A stretch of DNA of 64,000 bases from Nymphaea colorata (lineage: Eukaryota). The stretch covers positions 39,060,001 through 39,124,000 of the forward strand of contig NC_045138.2 of the NCBI RefSeq assembly GCF_008831285.2, given 5' to 3'. Shown in pieces: positions 29,601 to 43,011 of the stretch. The notes under the pieces are model-generated. The model worked only from the letters and a program-made list of their open reading frames with translations. It was not told the origin of the DNA and did no database searches. Numbering within the stretch: position 1 is the stretch's first letter; each line of letters starts with the position of its first letter. A program made the position numbers and the translations under genes.

Positions 29601-31026
29601 GGCTTCAGTAAGGATAGGACCGTTATCATTTCACATATCCATCACTTCCGGACGAATTTCTAATAAGGAAAGCGGAACCACGACCTCACGGCTACATGGC
29701 TTCGGTAATATATATATATATATATATATATATAAGAGAAATGAGTTCAGTGCTGTATCTCAGATGTTGCAGATTGGTCAAAAAAAGCATTTGATGGATG
29801 TGTATAAGAGAAGGTGTTTTAAAATGGACGACAATTTATTTTTCCACTGCCCTTTCTTGGTTTTTGTTTTTTTAAATTTTTAATTGCTATTACTCTTTAA
29901 TTTAATGGCAACAGATAAAGAAGATGTAATTTTTCATTTCATATAAGATTCATTTTCAGCATTAACCAAGGGGAAAAATGTCCAGTTGAGAAAAGTGAGG
30001 GAGCGAAAGAAAAAAAAAAAAAAAAGACTAATTACTTCCATACATACACAAACAAATGTGCATATAGGGATCTTTAAATCATGCCACCCGAATATGTCAC
30101 ACAATTTTTCATCTGTTCATAAAAGAAATCTACCACTTAGATGAATGTTGAATATTGGCAATTGTAAGAATAACAAATAATTGTGAAACCTGATTTCTAT
30201 ATTGAATTTTGTGAGATGAAAATATATAAACCATGAAATGATAACAAAATCCCATCTGCATATCGAACTTTTATTTTTTTCCTAAAAGCATATGATTTTG
30301 AACAATATGGCCGCGTGTCTACTTTTATTTTTTGAAAGTCAACCAAGAAAATGGCCAGGCTGATCGAACAAGTAACAATATTTATAAGTTTTGTGCATAA
30401 GGTCCACCCATACCTCTATCAAGTATGAAGACTATATTGGCGATTGTTGTAAAAGTTAGTTCGAACTTGAATAGAATTAGCTGAATTGATAATTTGGTTA
30501 ATCTTATGATTCATCAATCAATTGAAGCGCTTCAAAATAAAAAAGAAATATTAAATATTATTTTTGAAAATTAAATAGTTTTTAATTAAAAAATGATGCA
30601 CACTCATCGGATTAACTTACCTTTGGTTTGATTCCAGTTAGCTTTTCTGATGATTTGACATATAAAGTTACTATTTTTCAAAAAAGAATGCCACTCTTTA
30701 TCTTTATTTAAAAATTTTATTTTACACGTAATATTTTATGATAATAAATTAGTCTACAGGATTAAAGTTGTATAATATGACAATAAACAATATATATTTC
30801 TCACGTTATTTTAAGATAAAAGAAAAAGTTGTTAAAGACTTGCTTCCCAAGATTAGAAACTTGATTCCCACGTTGCAACTTTTTCAATGTGTCATCCCCG
30901 GGTGTATCAGCAGGCCTGATCTTCTGGGCTGTCGGCCCATCACAGGCGGTCTAATGTCTCGATCTCCGATTTCTGCCGCCATGTGATCGGAGAGAAGCTT
31001 TCCAGGCTTGGAGGAACAGGATTCCC

Positions 31027-33516
31027 ATGGAGGAAGGGGGAGCTGAAGAGGAGGGGATGGCGGGGGGAAGCGACGGCGTGGGTGGTTTGGTGGGGATGTG
31101 CATCGAGGCGGCCTGCATCAGCGGAGACTCGGTGGAGGCGTGGAGGCGGCAGCGGAGGACGCTCCAGATGCTGCCCGCCCATTTGGCCCATGCCCTCTTC
31201 CGCTGTCTCCTCGATCGCAAGCTCATCGTTCCCTCCCTCCTCGAGTGCGCTTCTTTGTCTTCCCACCTCGTCGTCCTATTGTCGCTGTTCTTCGCCATTT
31301 TTCTCCCTTTCGTTTCATTTTATTTTTGCTATTCTTATCAGTCTTTCTCCCTTTCATTTCCTGTCTACCCGTATTCGCTGCTGAAATCTTTCCCTTTCTT
31401 TTCTTTTTTTCTCTGTTTTCTGCTCGTTCGATTGTAGCTCATGACAATCTAGATCTTTGTCATCTGCTATGATTGACTTAGAGATTCCATGCAACATTTT
31501 GATTGGTGACTTAGTTTTTGAGAAATGAGCTCAAAGAGGAAGGCAGGGTCTTATCACAGTTAGTCGTCGACATGGGCTTACTTTGACCTTCTCTGTTGTG
31601 AATTTTCTTTCCCAGGGTTTTCCAGTACTCGGTCGAGGTGGTTGATTTGAAAGGCAAGAGCTTCGTGGACGCCGAATGGATGGCTTACATAGGTGCATAC
31701 CGATCCTTGCGTGTCTTGAACCTTGCCGAGTGTAAGGGAATCAATAATTCTTCTCTCTGGAGTATCACTGGTATGTTTGAAGTTCGCCAGCTCTGTTTAC
31801 ATGCTTGTTTTGTCATTCATACTCCAAATGTTTTTTCCAATGTCTTCAGTTCTTAATTTAATGTTACTTTATATTTGATTTTCTTGTGTCTTCAATTTTT
31901 AATTTAATGTATCCGTATATGATCTCCTGCTCTCTGGCCCATTGGTAAACGTATTATAGGTATCATCTCTGTGGTTTTTGTAGTGGGACTCACTTATCAA
32001 GGGTTTTGAAATTTGATGTAGTTCTGGAGAAAAAAAAAGATTTAACTATTATCACTATGCGGTACGCTAGAGAAGAAATCAAGTTTTGGAACAATTACAC
32101 GGTCATCTTCATTATCAAACATTCCGCCGTGCCTGATTTAGTGAACAACGACTTTAACCTTTTGCTAGGTAGTATGGTATTGTGGGTAATACCAAAGGCT
32201 ATTCCATATTGTATATTTCCTATAAACTAAATTTTTGCTTAGAGCTTTAAACGAGTAATTTTGAAACTTATCATTGCTTGCTTTGCGTGAGATAAGATAA
32301 TCATAAAAGCCAATTAGGGCATTTAGGTCTTGACTCTATACATTACTAAGGCATTCAGTTCCATATGGATCACATAAGCATGAGCATTGCCAAATTGATT
32401 GTTTACTGCTCTGAAAGGTTACCACTGCCTAGCTGACCTACACAAAAGGTCGAAAGAACATTGCCAATTTCATTGTTCATTACCTGAACGACTATATATA
32501 GCCAGATAGATGCATATTTTGAGCAGTGCACAAATATGATGGAGAACTAGGGTTAAGTTTGACCGACAAACTTAAACCACGAGCATGAATAAACTGATAA
32601 ATAGCCCAGTCTTTGTTGCTTCTTGATGTATCTGCTCCTTTCCTATCATTTTTGTCATATTAATAGGCATTAGCATCACTAAATGATCTTGCTCTTGCTT
32701 GCTTTTAGGTATGACCTGCCTAAGAGAGCTGAACCTGTCTAGATGCACAAAGATTAGCAATGCTGGAATGCAACATCTACAATACGTACAAGATTTGAGA
32801 AAATTAAGCCTCTCAGAAACTGCTGTAACTGCAGCTGGAATCACATGTCTCTCTTCTCTTGTCAACCTTACATTTCTGGACTTAGGTGGTTTGCCGATTA
32901 CTGATGCATCGCTTGGTTCTTTACAGGTACATCTTTCATCCTTTTGTTACCTCTTGAACATGGTGCATAATATTTTGTCCTGCTAGCGCCTTCTTTTTTA
33001 TCCTTTGTAGAACTTTCAGATTTTGAAACGGAGATTTATTTTGATATCTCTTTGTCTCTGTATTCTCTGACTAATTTATCTATTGTAGTACGATGGAGTT
33101 CGGTAAGGTACTGGTGACAATAGAAGTAGTAGAATTACCTTTTCTGAAAACCATATAGTAGATGTAGCCGTGCAGCATGTGCATGTTTACATATTATGTT
33201 TCATCTTCAGAATGGTAAGTACTTGTAATGATGACATAGCATGCTTATCCGGGTCTTAATGTCAAATATGTGATCACCATCTTGGCTGTAGATATTCTGG
33301 ATTTGCTTTTATGACTATAATTATCATGATATCATGAACTGAGCATGCCTTGAGGCCGTTTATCATTCCTTGTTAGTTCCACTACCTTGAAGACGTGGTG
33401 TCTGAGCGGCATTTTGTTCTGTATAAGATGCAGAAGAATATGTTGTTCATGACTGATTTCTATCCATTCCCTTATATGTGAATGTGCTTGCATGGGCATG
33501 CCAGCATGTGTGCATC

Positions 33517-33551
<35 letters not shown>

Positions 33552-35349
33552 GAGATCCCACTCTAACACTTGAGATCCAACTCTAACAATTGTGTTGTCA
33601 TTTAGGGTTTGACAAAGCTGGAACACCTTGATCTATGGGGAACCGAAATATCCAACAAAGGAGCTGCCAATCTGAAAGGCTTTCCCAGCTTGAGTTTCAT
33701 TAACTTAGCATGGACAAAAGTTACCGTATTGCCATGTCTATCATCTCTCAAATGCTTGAACTTGAGCAACTGTACTGTTGATTCCATGTTTGATGGTTAT
33801 GAAGCCAAAGTACCTTTATCAAGATTAATATTTGCAGGCTCTATGTTCAATAACCCACTTGAAAACTTCTCCTGCTTGGACACAGAGCACCTTTACTTCT
33901 TGGACATATCCTGTTCTTCTTTTCATGATTTTTGCTTCTTGAACGAGATGTCAAAATTGACATATTTGGATCTGAGTTCTGGTAATATGTCCGATGCCAT
34001 GATTGACCCCGTTGCTGCAATTGGAGCAAATTTAAGAAATCTCAATCTTGGTAATACTAGAGTCACCACTGTAGGTGTTGCTGCTTTAGCAGGGGCTGTC
34101 CCTAAACTGGAAACCTTATCATTGTCACGGACATGCATTGATGATGCAGTTTTTTATTATCTTGGCATGATGCCTGCTCTCTGCATGGTCAACTTGAGCA
34201 ACACAAGCATCAAAGGTATTTATTTTCTAAAGTTTGAGTTACTTGATGTCTTAATATGAAATTTAGAATTTTTTGCTGGTTAGTACTTGAATGCTTTTCT
34301 TCTTCTTTATTCCTCCTACATCTTTCTTTTTATTTTATATTTTATATTTTATATTTTATTATTATGATTTTTTTTTTTTGGCATTGACATGCGTGTGTGT
34401 GTGTTGGAGGGAAGAGGGGTGGCTGAGGGAAAGAGACACCAATGCACATGATGCTGCTCCTGTGTGTGATTGGATGGGCAACTTGAGTTGCCGGTTTATG
34501 TGGCTGCCTGGAAAATGTGATTTAAGAAGATTCGAATGATCCACTCTAGATGAACTGTATTACCAAGTGAACTTTGCTTTCATTCTCTAATTCACAGGAA
34601 CATCTAATTTAATTAATCTTTTAAACTGACATTTCAGGACTTATACGCCAGGGCGACCATGTCAATTTCTCATTAACAGCTCTTCAAGATCTTGAACACT
34701 TGGAGAATTTGGATTTGGGGTGTACCCAGATTAGAGACTTGGCTTTAGAACCCCTTTCCAACTTTAAGCAATTGAGGTGTCTATCCCTCGACAGTGATTT
34801 CCTCTCAGATGTTTCTCTCCATAGTGCATCACCTGTAGACAAACTGAAGGTTCTAAGTATCCGAAATGCAGTGTTGACAGATGTAGGAATTCTTTCTTTC
34901 GTGCCACCACCAACGTTGCATGTACTAGATTTAAGTGGATGTTGGCTTTTAACGGAGGAAGGTATTTCTCTGTTTTGTAAATTCCATCCACGGATAACTG
35001 TAAGACATGAAGCCATCGACAAGTTATCGGAAGAGCAAAATAATGGTTTGAAGCAAAAGGCTGGAGCTTTGTGTCCTCCTACGTTTTCTGCTAGAATGAA
35101 GCATAGATCAAAATTGAAAGAGAAAAGCCAGAAAGAGACATGGAGAGGTAAACGACCATTTCAGATTTTGTTTAATATATTTTTGGTCCTTGAAAAGTCA
35201 GCAATATTCTTGAGCCTTGATAATGTTGAACAGATGAGAGAATTAAATACGGCAGGGAGGAGTTGCTGCAGTTACAAACATCCCATCTATCTAACCTCTC
35301 GCAATGTGATAAAGAGATTCTCTTGCCAAAGGAGTTATCAACGAAGTAA
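31027..35349 (+). CDS. CERES: Leucine-rich repeat protein with C-terminal eIF4E-binding motif (CERES/At4g23840-like), 608 aa. Exons 31027-31244, 31616-31770, 32709-32926, 33606-34215, 34638-35147, 35234-35349
   Basis: Exons sum to 1827 nt in frame. RNI-like LRRs (LRELNLSRC, LTFLDLGG, LEHLDLWG, LRNLNLGNT). Last exon encodes DERIKYGREELLQL, a YxxxxLL motif. Confidence 0.88.
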
Positions 35350-37653
35350 GTTGATTATAAGGTTGTGAGTCATTTTTAGCAGCTCCTCCACTCCATTGTT
35401 ATCCGAGACAAGTCTTCCTGGTTTGCCAGCAGTGGCAGCAAAAACCACTGTGCTAGTTCTCCTTGTGCTTCTGTATCTTGAGCGTTTCGTCATCTGAGTG
35501 CGTGTACAGAAGAGCTACTTTTGAATGGTCAAGCTGAACAGCTACGCATATGCGCAGCATTTCATTGAGCAACATGTTGCAGGTGCTTTGTATCGTAGGT
35601 TCGTTTCTTGGTCAGATTGCAGTAACAACTAACAATTTATTGACAGCCAGAGAAGGTTCGGGTCCTTTGTACTTGTGTGCACAAGGCGCTGAGGATATAG
35701 GAATCAGGGAAGCTCGGGAATCCTTGTATACATGTGCACAAGCATAGCTACTGTTTTGTACAATAATTCACTGTTGCAGCATGATCTCTGGATTGTGGTC
35801 TTATTCACATGGATCCGTATCCCAGATAATAATCTGTTTGTAGGTTTTGCTTATAATAGCATTATGATTAGACATTGTGATTGCTGGTGCTTCAAAACAG
35901 AATCTATCACTTGACAACCAAACGTGGCCTTCTGTTATTTTGGGAGTCTGGTTGGACACTTCTAGTTTATTGTTGAAAGTAGGAGTATTTCAAGAATCCA
36001 ACTTTTCCTTTTTCTTTCCCGGTTTTTCTTCAAATGAGCCTCTACTAAGCACCACTCGAGCATATTTTCAGTCTAATCCCACTTAGCTCTTTTAACTAGA
36101 GCAAAGACCGTCATAATGGGCCTATGTCAGTAACATAAAATTTGTGTAATCTCATCATCAAACCGTCTATGGAGTTCTTCTGTCTATTTCTATCTTGGTC
36201 AGCAACTTGGGAGCTCTACGTTACTCGTAGGGTATAGTTGACATATGTTGGGTCCAAACCTACATAGCAGTGCAGCCTTCACCTCGCCATTGGATTCTGA
36301 TTAGCAGCAGAAGTTGCATGAAGGGGTACTAACGTGATGTGAAAACAATGTCTGCTGCTTGTCAAGTGAGTGTTCTGAGTGCTTCAAGAACCTGCTCCAA
36401 AAGTAAACCTTACTGTTCCATAAATTATTGCTAGTCGTTGCCAAACTTCTTATCAACGACGGCATCTGGATAGTCATTCACTCGTTTTCTGCACAACAGC
36501 ACACTCACAGATGTCACCATCCAACGAAACAAGCGCTCTGCGCATCAGTTCGCTGCTGTCAAAGGCTGGCCAGTCCCACAAGTGGTGCATCTACCTTTGT
36601 TGTTTTCCAGAGTCTAAGTTTGGGAGATGGAACCCAGGGGTTGAGTTAGGATCAGGTTTTTGTCGATCCTCATTTTTTGATGTACATTCTCCATATTTTG
36701 GTTTTGAATAAAAGGAAAGGGGCTTAGGCCCCACGCAGACTTTCTCCCGAATCTGTAAGCAGATTCAGGATATACTCATAGAGTGTCCTTAACCTCTAAT
36801 CCTACGTCTAAGTGGTCAAATGAAAATGAAAGGTTTCATGCAATAAACATGAATGTAAGTGGAAGATGAAGAGATGATGACGATCGTTAAGGACACTTGT
36901 AATTGCCAGATCTCATACTTTTCTACAAAACCGTTTTCCTATGAAGTTGATTAAGAAAAAAAAAAAGAAAAAGGGCACCATCCTTCTCTTTCTTAAAGTT
37001 AAGCAGATTTGGCTGTCTACCAGGTGCAGCTTCCTTCTAGCCAGGTTGAAAGCATTCAGGACTTTCTGATCGAGCTTCTAACGCCTTTGTTCCGATCCCA
37101 ACCCCCCGGCTCGGTCTTCCCTTCCTCTCTTGCTCGGCTTCGCCCTTTGGTGGATCTGTCAGGCAACCTTGCCTTAGTTCGAACTGCTTGGCTTGATGGC
37201 CTCCCCTTTTTGTATGTGAGCCTAATTCCCTTCGTTTATGCGGGCATTGGGTGTCTGTTTCCGTTGCCCGTGTCGGCTTGCGCTCCTCATCTCTACCTCT
37301 CTCTCTCTCTCTCTTCTTTCTCTTTTGGCTTCGTTCCCTTTAGTTGATCGTTGGCCAAGTGTCTTCTTAATTATGCATATTTCTCTCTCCCTTCAATTGC
37401 ATCTCTCTCTCTCTCTTTCTCCTTCGGAGGCCTAGCTGGTCGGGCAGCCTGTTCGATTCCATCGCTACTCTTTTTGGTAAGTTTGAGGAGAGAAGGCGGA
37501 TCTTCTCTTCTCTCTGCCAAACATGCCAGAGAGAGGGACGCAAGCAAGAAATGGCTGGTCGAACCCAGATACTAGGGACAAAATAGCCGAGCTGAGATTT
37601 TGCAGGAAATGGACGCAGCGAAGTGCACTTGGATCACATGCACGCTCTGGTGG

Positions 37654-38701
37654 CTAAGCTCTCGACCGCTTGGTGCGGAGCTTCAGATCCACCACCACAA
37701 CGCTTATGTTGTCGTAGCTCCCTCTGTTGAGAGCTAATTCTGCCAGCGTCGCCGCCGCCAGTGCCGACCTGGTCCTCCCTGCCAACGGTTCCGCCGTTGG
37801 CAGCCTCTTCTTAGCAGCGCCGGACAGACACCTCCGAGCAACTCTGCACACCAATTCGTTCGACATTACGTCCCACAGTCCGTCGCTCGCCAACACCAAG
37901 AACTCGTCCTTCGCCGTCCGGTTGGTGACCGTCACCTCCGGCACCGATATCACGTATGGCTTTAGGTAACCATCTCCTGCAAAATTTATCGTCAGCGAAG
38001 GCAAGATGGCAGCAAGAATCCATCCATAGTCAAATGCCAGAGTACCTATGGATCTAGACGTTGCCAACACTCCCAGAACTCTGTACCCGTCACAATTGAT
38101 GATCTTTCCCCCGGCCGCCTCCACTCTTTCCATCTCATCTGGTCTCTCCGGCTGCATGTACGTCAAAAGGGAAAAGAAACGAAAACGCAGTTGAAATCTT
38201 TGTCCACATCCAATGAATTTTATCGAATGTATAGTGAACAATAAAAATAAATAAGCTATTTTCAACGATGACACGCTCATCTGCTACTTGTACTCTCTCT
38301 CTGCCTCATCTGTGCTACAAAGAATTGCCCAAGGCTTATCTGCAGAAACACTTTGAAGTGGGGAGTTCATACGTGTGATTCTCAAAGGGAGCCTGTGTGA
38401 ATGGAACCCTTTGATGTATGATGTATCCCCGACCTAAGAATTAATTCACGGACAAAGAGAGCAGACCAAGTTCTATCTTTAACTGTATAGAAGATCCGAG
38501 AATTAACACTCGACGCGCAGCTAGAACACAAGGCATCTCGATACTACCGATGGAACGAACCTACACATGAAGTGACGTCAATACCAAGCCAGCCAGGGCG
38601 TAGGGGCCAAATAACTGCTTTTGCCTTTTTCTCCCTCCCAACCGACCGACGGCAGAGGCAAGTTTTTTAAAGTGAAAGGAATGAAAGGACGTTGAAACAA
38701 G

Positions 38702-38739
<38 letters not shown>

Positions 38740-40450
38740 TGATTCACTACAGAAGCAAAACATTAAACTAGAACCAAGTTCGATTCAAGTACGTAAAATA
38801 AGAAAGCAATATGTACCTCGCCTCTAACAGTTGGTTTCTTTGGTCATCTGTTGTGACAATAGTAAGGGTCTATCAAACCGTAGCTTATGAATCAATGAAA
38901 AATATCAGAACAAAAATAACTTGATATCTTAAAACAAGATTGTTCCGAGACTGGTTTCATTTTGAAGATTCAAGATTCAGCAAGCAGGCGACAAAGATTT
39001 ACTTTGAAGTTCAAAACTCAGAGACAGAGAGAGGCAGACAGACAGAGACAGAGACAGAGAGAGAACATGAGAACATGATTTCAACATTTCTCGCAAAACT
39101 ACCAACAAAGAGTTAGGAGATTACACGATCGGAGTACACCAATACCAAGACCAAATACTCGAAAAGCCAGACTACAACAGAGCAACTCCGAAAAACAGCA
39201 TAACCAGAGAGGGAGAGAGAGATATATACCTTGTGGTCGAAGGAGAGGGGGACGGCGCTGCCGGCACGAGCGACAACGGCTCTGGAGTCACCGCAGTTGG
39301 CCACGATAATGTGGTGCTCGCCCACCAGCGCCACCAACGCCGTCGATCCCGAAGGCATGCCGACAACACGGACGTCGGCTGGGGCAACCATCCGCCCGAC
39401 CTCGGCGTCGACCCTGCTGAAGCACGACCTCATCACCCTGCCCCACCCTTCCTCGTGGCTTCTCGCCAGCTCCCACGAGTCCCGTCCCTCCATCTCCTCC
39501 GCCAGCACCCTGTGCATTATATCCCGGCAGAATTCCGCCACCTGCGGCCCGCCATGACCGTCGTACACCGCGAAGAAGTCGAACTTCGCCGGCCCGTCCG
39601 AAAAGAATCCAGGCACCTCCGCCACCGCGTCCTCCATCTCCCTCCTCCTTCCGCACACCGCCACCGACCCGTGAGAAGCCTCCGATCCCTTCTCGCCAGT
39701 CCTCGCCGCGTCGAACACCATCCCCACCTCCGCCATCAGAAACTTCTCGCCGGGGCCGATTGTTAGGTCGCTGCACCACTCTCTCCCTGCTTCCACTCGT
39801 ATCCTCTGCTGCGAGCCATTTCTGCAGCCGCCGACGTTGTCTTCATCCTCCGAAGGCGGCAGATATTCATCTCTACCAAACAACGTCTCATACATCTTCT
39901 TCTTCTCGTCCTCCTCCCGTCTACCTTGCTCAAAGTGGCCACGAAGCTCGTCACTACAACAAGAAATCGAGTCTGCGACCAGGCTTTTAGGGGTGTCATC
40001 CTCCTCCTCTGTCAGCGACAGATTGGAAGTCGGCTTCGAAAGCCTGCACAGTTCCTTGCACAAGCACGTGAGAGAGAGAGAGCGAGGCCTTCCCCTTCTG
40101 CTACAGAAGAAGTCAGGCTCATCCTCCTCCTCATCTTCTTCTTTCGCAGCCTTGAGTCGGTAGCCTATTCGCCTTCCTCGCCCTTCTTCTTCAGCCGGCC
40201 GCTTTCTCCCCGTCAGGGCAGAGACCGAGGCGTGTTTCGGCCTCTCCTCGAAATGGTCGAAGGCGACCATCTTTACCGTCCGCGGGAGGGACTCATAAGT
40301 GACACCCCGAGCTTTGAACGGCGGGTCATGAAGCCGTTGCGATCTCAGCCGCCGGATTTCCATCCGTTTCCGGCGAGCTTCCTTTCCCTTTACGTGGGAA
40401 AGCGCTCCATCCCGTCCTTTGAAATTCTTTTCGAAACTGGAGTTTCTCAT
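37654..40450 (-). CDS. Clade A protein phosphatase 2C (AHG1/AHG3/HAI sub-branch), 549 aa. Exons 40450-39230, 38151-38046, 37976-37654
   Basis: Motifs [84 protein letters not shown]-terminal [13 protein letters not shown] introns in phase. Confidence 0.93.
38702..38737. repeat. (GAGGAC)6 microsatellite in PP2C intron 1
   Basis: Read directly from the sequence. Confidence 0.95.
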
Positions 40451-40473
40451 CCTCCTTGTTTTTTTGCTCTGTG

Positions 40474-41986
40474 GCCACGTTTCAGATTCAGGGGCCTTTT
40501 ATGCAGATCGAGGAGGGAAGCGCCAAAGTAGAAAGAAGGAGCGGGAGAAGGTGTCGTTAATGAGCCTCCTTTTGCCCCCTGCTTTTTAAGCAACTTACAG
40601 AGCAGCTTGGTCTTTCGTGTTCTCTGCGTGTAACAAGTGTGATTGTGCATGGAGGCGCTATGTTGGACATATTATATCCATGAAACTCTTGTAGCATCTG
40701 CTAGCCGACGTGAACGGCACCGTTGCTTGCTCCCATGATCATCGTCATCCCGCAGTAGCCACAGAATGAAACCAGTGATCAGCTCCCCATTTTCTCACCC
40801 TCACAGAAAACAGGGGGCTGAGTCATTCACGATTGGTTAATTCGATTCATGGTTTAACATTAATTTATTTGTATGAGACGCAACTTGGGAATCATTCAAT
40901 ACACTTCTTCTTCTAGCTTGTAGGACTATTGGCGATGTTCCTAACAGGCAAATTTCAGGTCTTGGAGCAGCGTATTTGGAAGTGCAGCAACAATTAATAA
41001 CTTGCAAGCTCCTCAAATTTTGGTAATTATCGACTCAAGTTCTTTCTTCCCTGGCATTTTGTCAATGTAAAGTTAGTATCCTATCGTTCAAAAGTGTCCC
41101 TAGATAAATTATAAACCAGATACCGTGCCTTTCTGTGACCATGTAAGGAGACCGGATCCGGTAGAAATATCCAAGACCAGATCGCTGCTTCTCTTACATT
41201 CACGTTGCAGGAGAGGGATGATCATGAAACGTGGCGAGAAGGGGAAGCTCTCCTTCCAAGAACACAAAATCCCAAAGCGTCCGGGAATTGAGGTAAAATA
41301 TTCGAATTCTTTTAAGCATAAAAGGTCGAAGAGGGGATGGCCTTCCAAGTTCCAACCATTGTAGAAGCGACTAATTTATATGTAATTGATCATCCATCTG
41401 ATTTCCAATCTGTTTGCTTGAATTTGCCAACTAATGAGATTCGATTATTAATCAATTTACAAATGGGTGGTCAATTTTACAACTGAATATAAGATCCTAT
41501 TTCAATGAACTCTTTCGAGGTCGTATCTTAAGATTTGAAACGAAACGATACTTCCTTCGAGTAATGCAAACGAATCATATTTTAGTGTCATCCAAACTCT
41601 CTGTCTTTATCCTCCACCGGCTTGATTTACTTTTTCTTTCAGTGAGCCTAACGAAAATACGGTTTGTGGAGATGAGGAAATGGAAATTCCATCTTACGTA
41701 GATTCTTTATCAGGAGCTGTCTTTCGCCGATCGGAAACCCGCTTCTTCTCCCCGCCTTGCCCGTTCGAGGAGGCATACAGCCAGCCAGTTGGTGTTTTCT
41801 GCAGACGACATCTCCATTTCGAGGCCTTTCTGTCGTGCAGTAGCTGCCGGGAGGCAACGCAGCGTACCTGTTGCTTGGATGGTTGCGTGGTCGAGAGACA
41901 TCCATGGCTTTCGCGCCTGGCGAAGAGAGCCGGCCGTCATTTCGCTGGAAGGAGACGAGGCCATCGACAGCACGGACCGTCACGTG
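40474..41986 (-). promoter_or_regulatory. ABRE/G-box motifs upstream of the PP2C
   Basis: ACGTGGC at 40474-40480 (minus) and 41229-41235 (plus); CACGTG at 41981-41986. Clade A PP2Cs are typically ABA-inducible. Short motifs, so chance occurrence is possible. Confidence 0.45.
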
Positions 41987-42829
41987 GGTCAGCAGAAGTT
42001 GATCAATCTGGCGGCGGTGGAAAAGACGAGCGAGCTCTTCTCTGCATCTCGCTTCGCTCTCTGAACGTTCGCGACCCACCGCCTAAGTAGGCCACGGGGA
42101 GCATTTACTGGCCAAAAGCAGAAGTTAAATGCCTTAACGGTAACTCCACTCTCTCCGTCCTGTAGCCCTCACGCTTGAGCTAGCAGTTTTTTTTATTAAG
42201 GATCTCAATTATAATTTCAAAATTTTAATCAAGATTAAAATATTTTTTTTTAAATGTTTATATAGATTTAATAAAAAATTAAACTACATGAAATTAAAAA
42301 AAAAAATTGATAGGAGACCATGGTTCCGTAGCTCCGCCTATAGTCCTCGCAATCCTTTTTCTATTCCCTTTCTTTATTTCGATCATTGTTTTTTTACAAG
42401 GGTCTAATTATATTTTTCCAAATCATTGTCTGAGGTGAAATATGTTCTTAAAAGTTTTAAGCGATCAAATAAAAATGTCTGTAAGTTATTTTTTCTTTTT
42501 TTCTTTTGCTTAAAATGTGGCTCTTTTTCTTTTTCAAATCTATTGGAATTAGGTAATATTATTCCACTATTCTTTTTTAAAACATAAATTAATCACCAGA
42601 AAACAGTGTGTGAAGTGTATCAACCTAAATTTCATTGCTTACATCACAATAATTCATGGAACCTAGCATTGAAACCAAAAAACTATTGCCTGGTTTGCGG
42701 CTTGCGGTTGCAGCTTGATAAAAAAGAAGAGCTGGGAGGAAAAAGAAGAAGAAAAGGATGTAATAAAAAGGGAGAAAGAGAAATGAAAAAATAGAAGAGG
42801 GAGAAGACATAGCAGAAAAAATGAAAAAC

Positions 42830-43011
42830 AAACAAGCTGAGTCAAGTTTAAACCAGTTAAGCTTGTGTAACTCAAACTCGACTTGTTTATTACTCGAGTT
42901 TTAACTCGAGCTCAAACTCGACTCGTTTAATAAATGAGTCAAGCTCGATCCAAACTTATACGTGCGAGTTCAAGTCAAGCCTGAGCTGGCTCGACTCGTC
43001 GTACATTCCTA
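42830..43011. mobile_element. Truncated hAT-like MITE end
   Basis: Dense CTCGA/TCGAG/GAGTCAAG motif array ending TACATTCCTA (TAGG-type terminus). Confidence 0.5.

Noticed and set aside
37009..37575. Plus-strand ORFs downstream of the PP2C stop
   Set aside because: Mostly non-ATG starts, CT-repeat content and no recognisable domain; probably 3' UTR or intergenic.
39172..40531. Antisense and alternative-frame ORFs over PP2C exon 1
   Set aside because: Shadow ORFs of a GC-rich coding exon.
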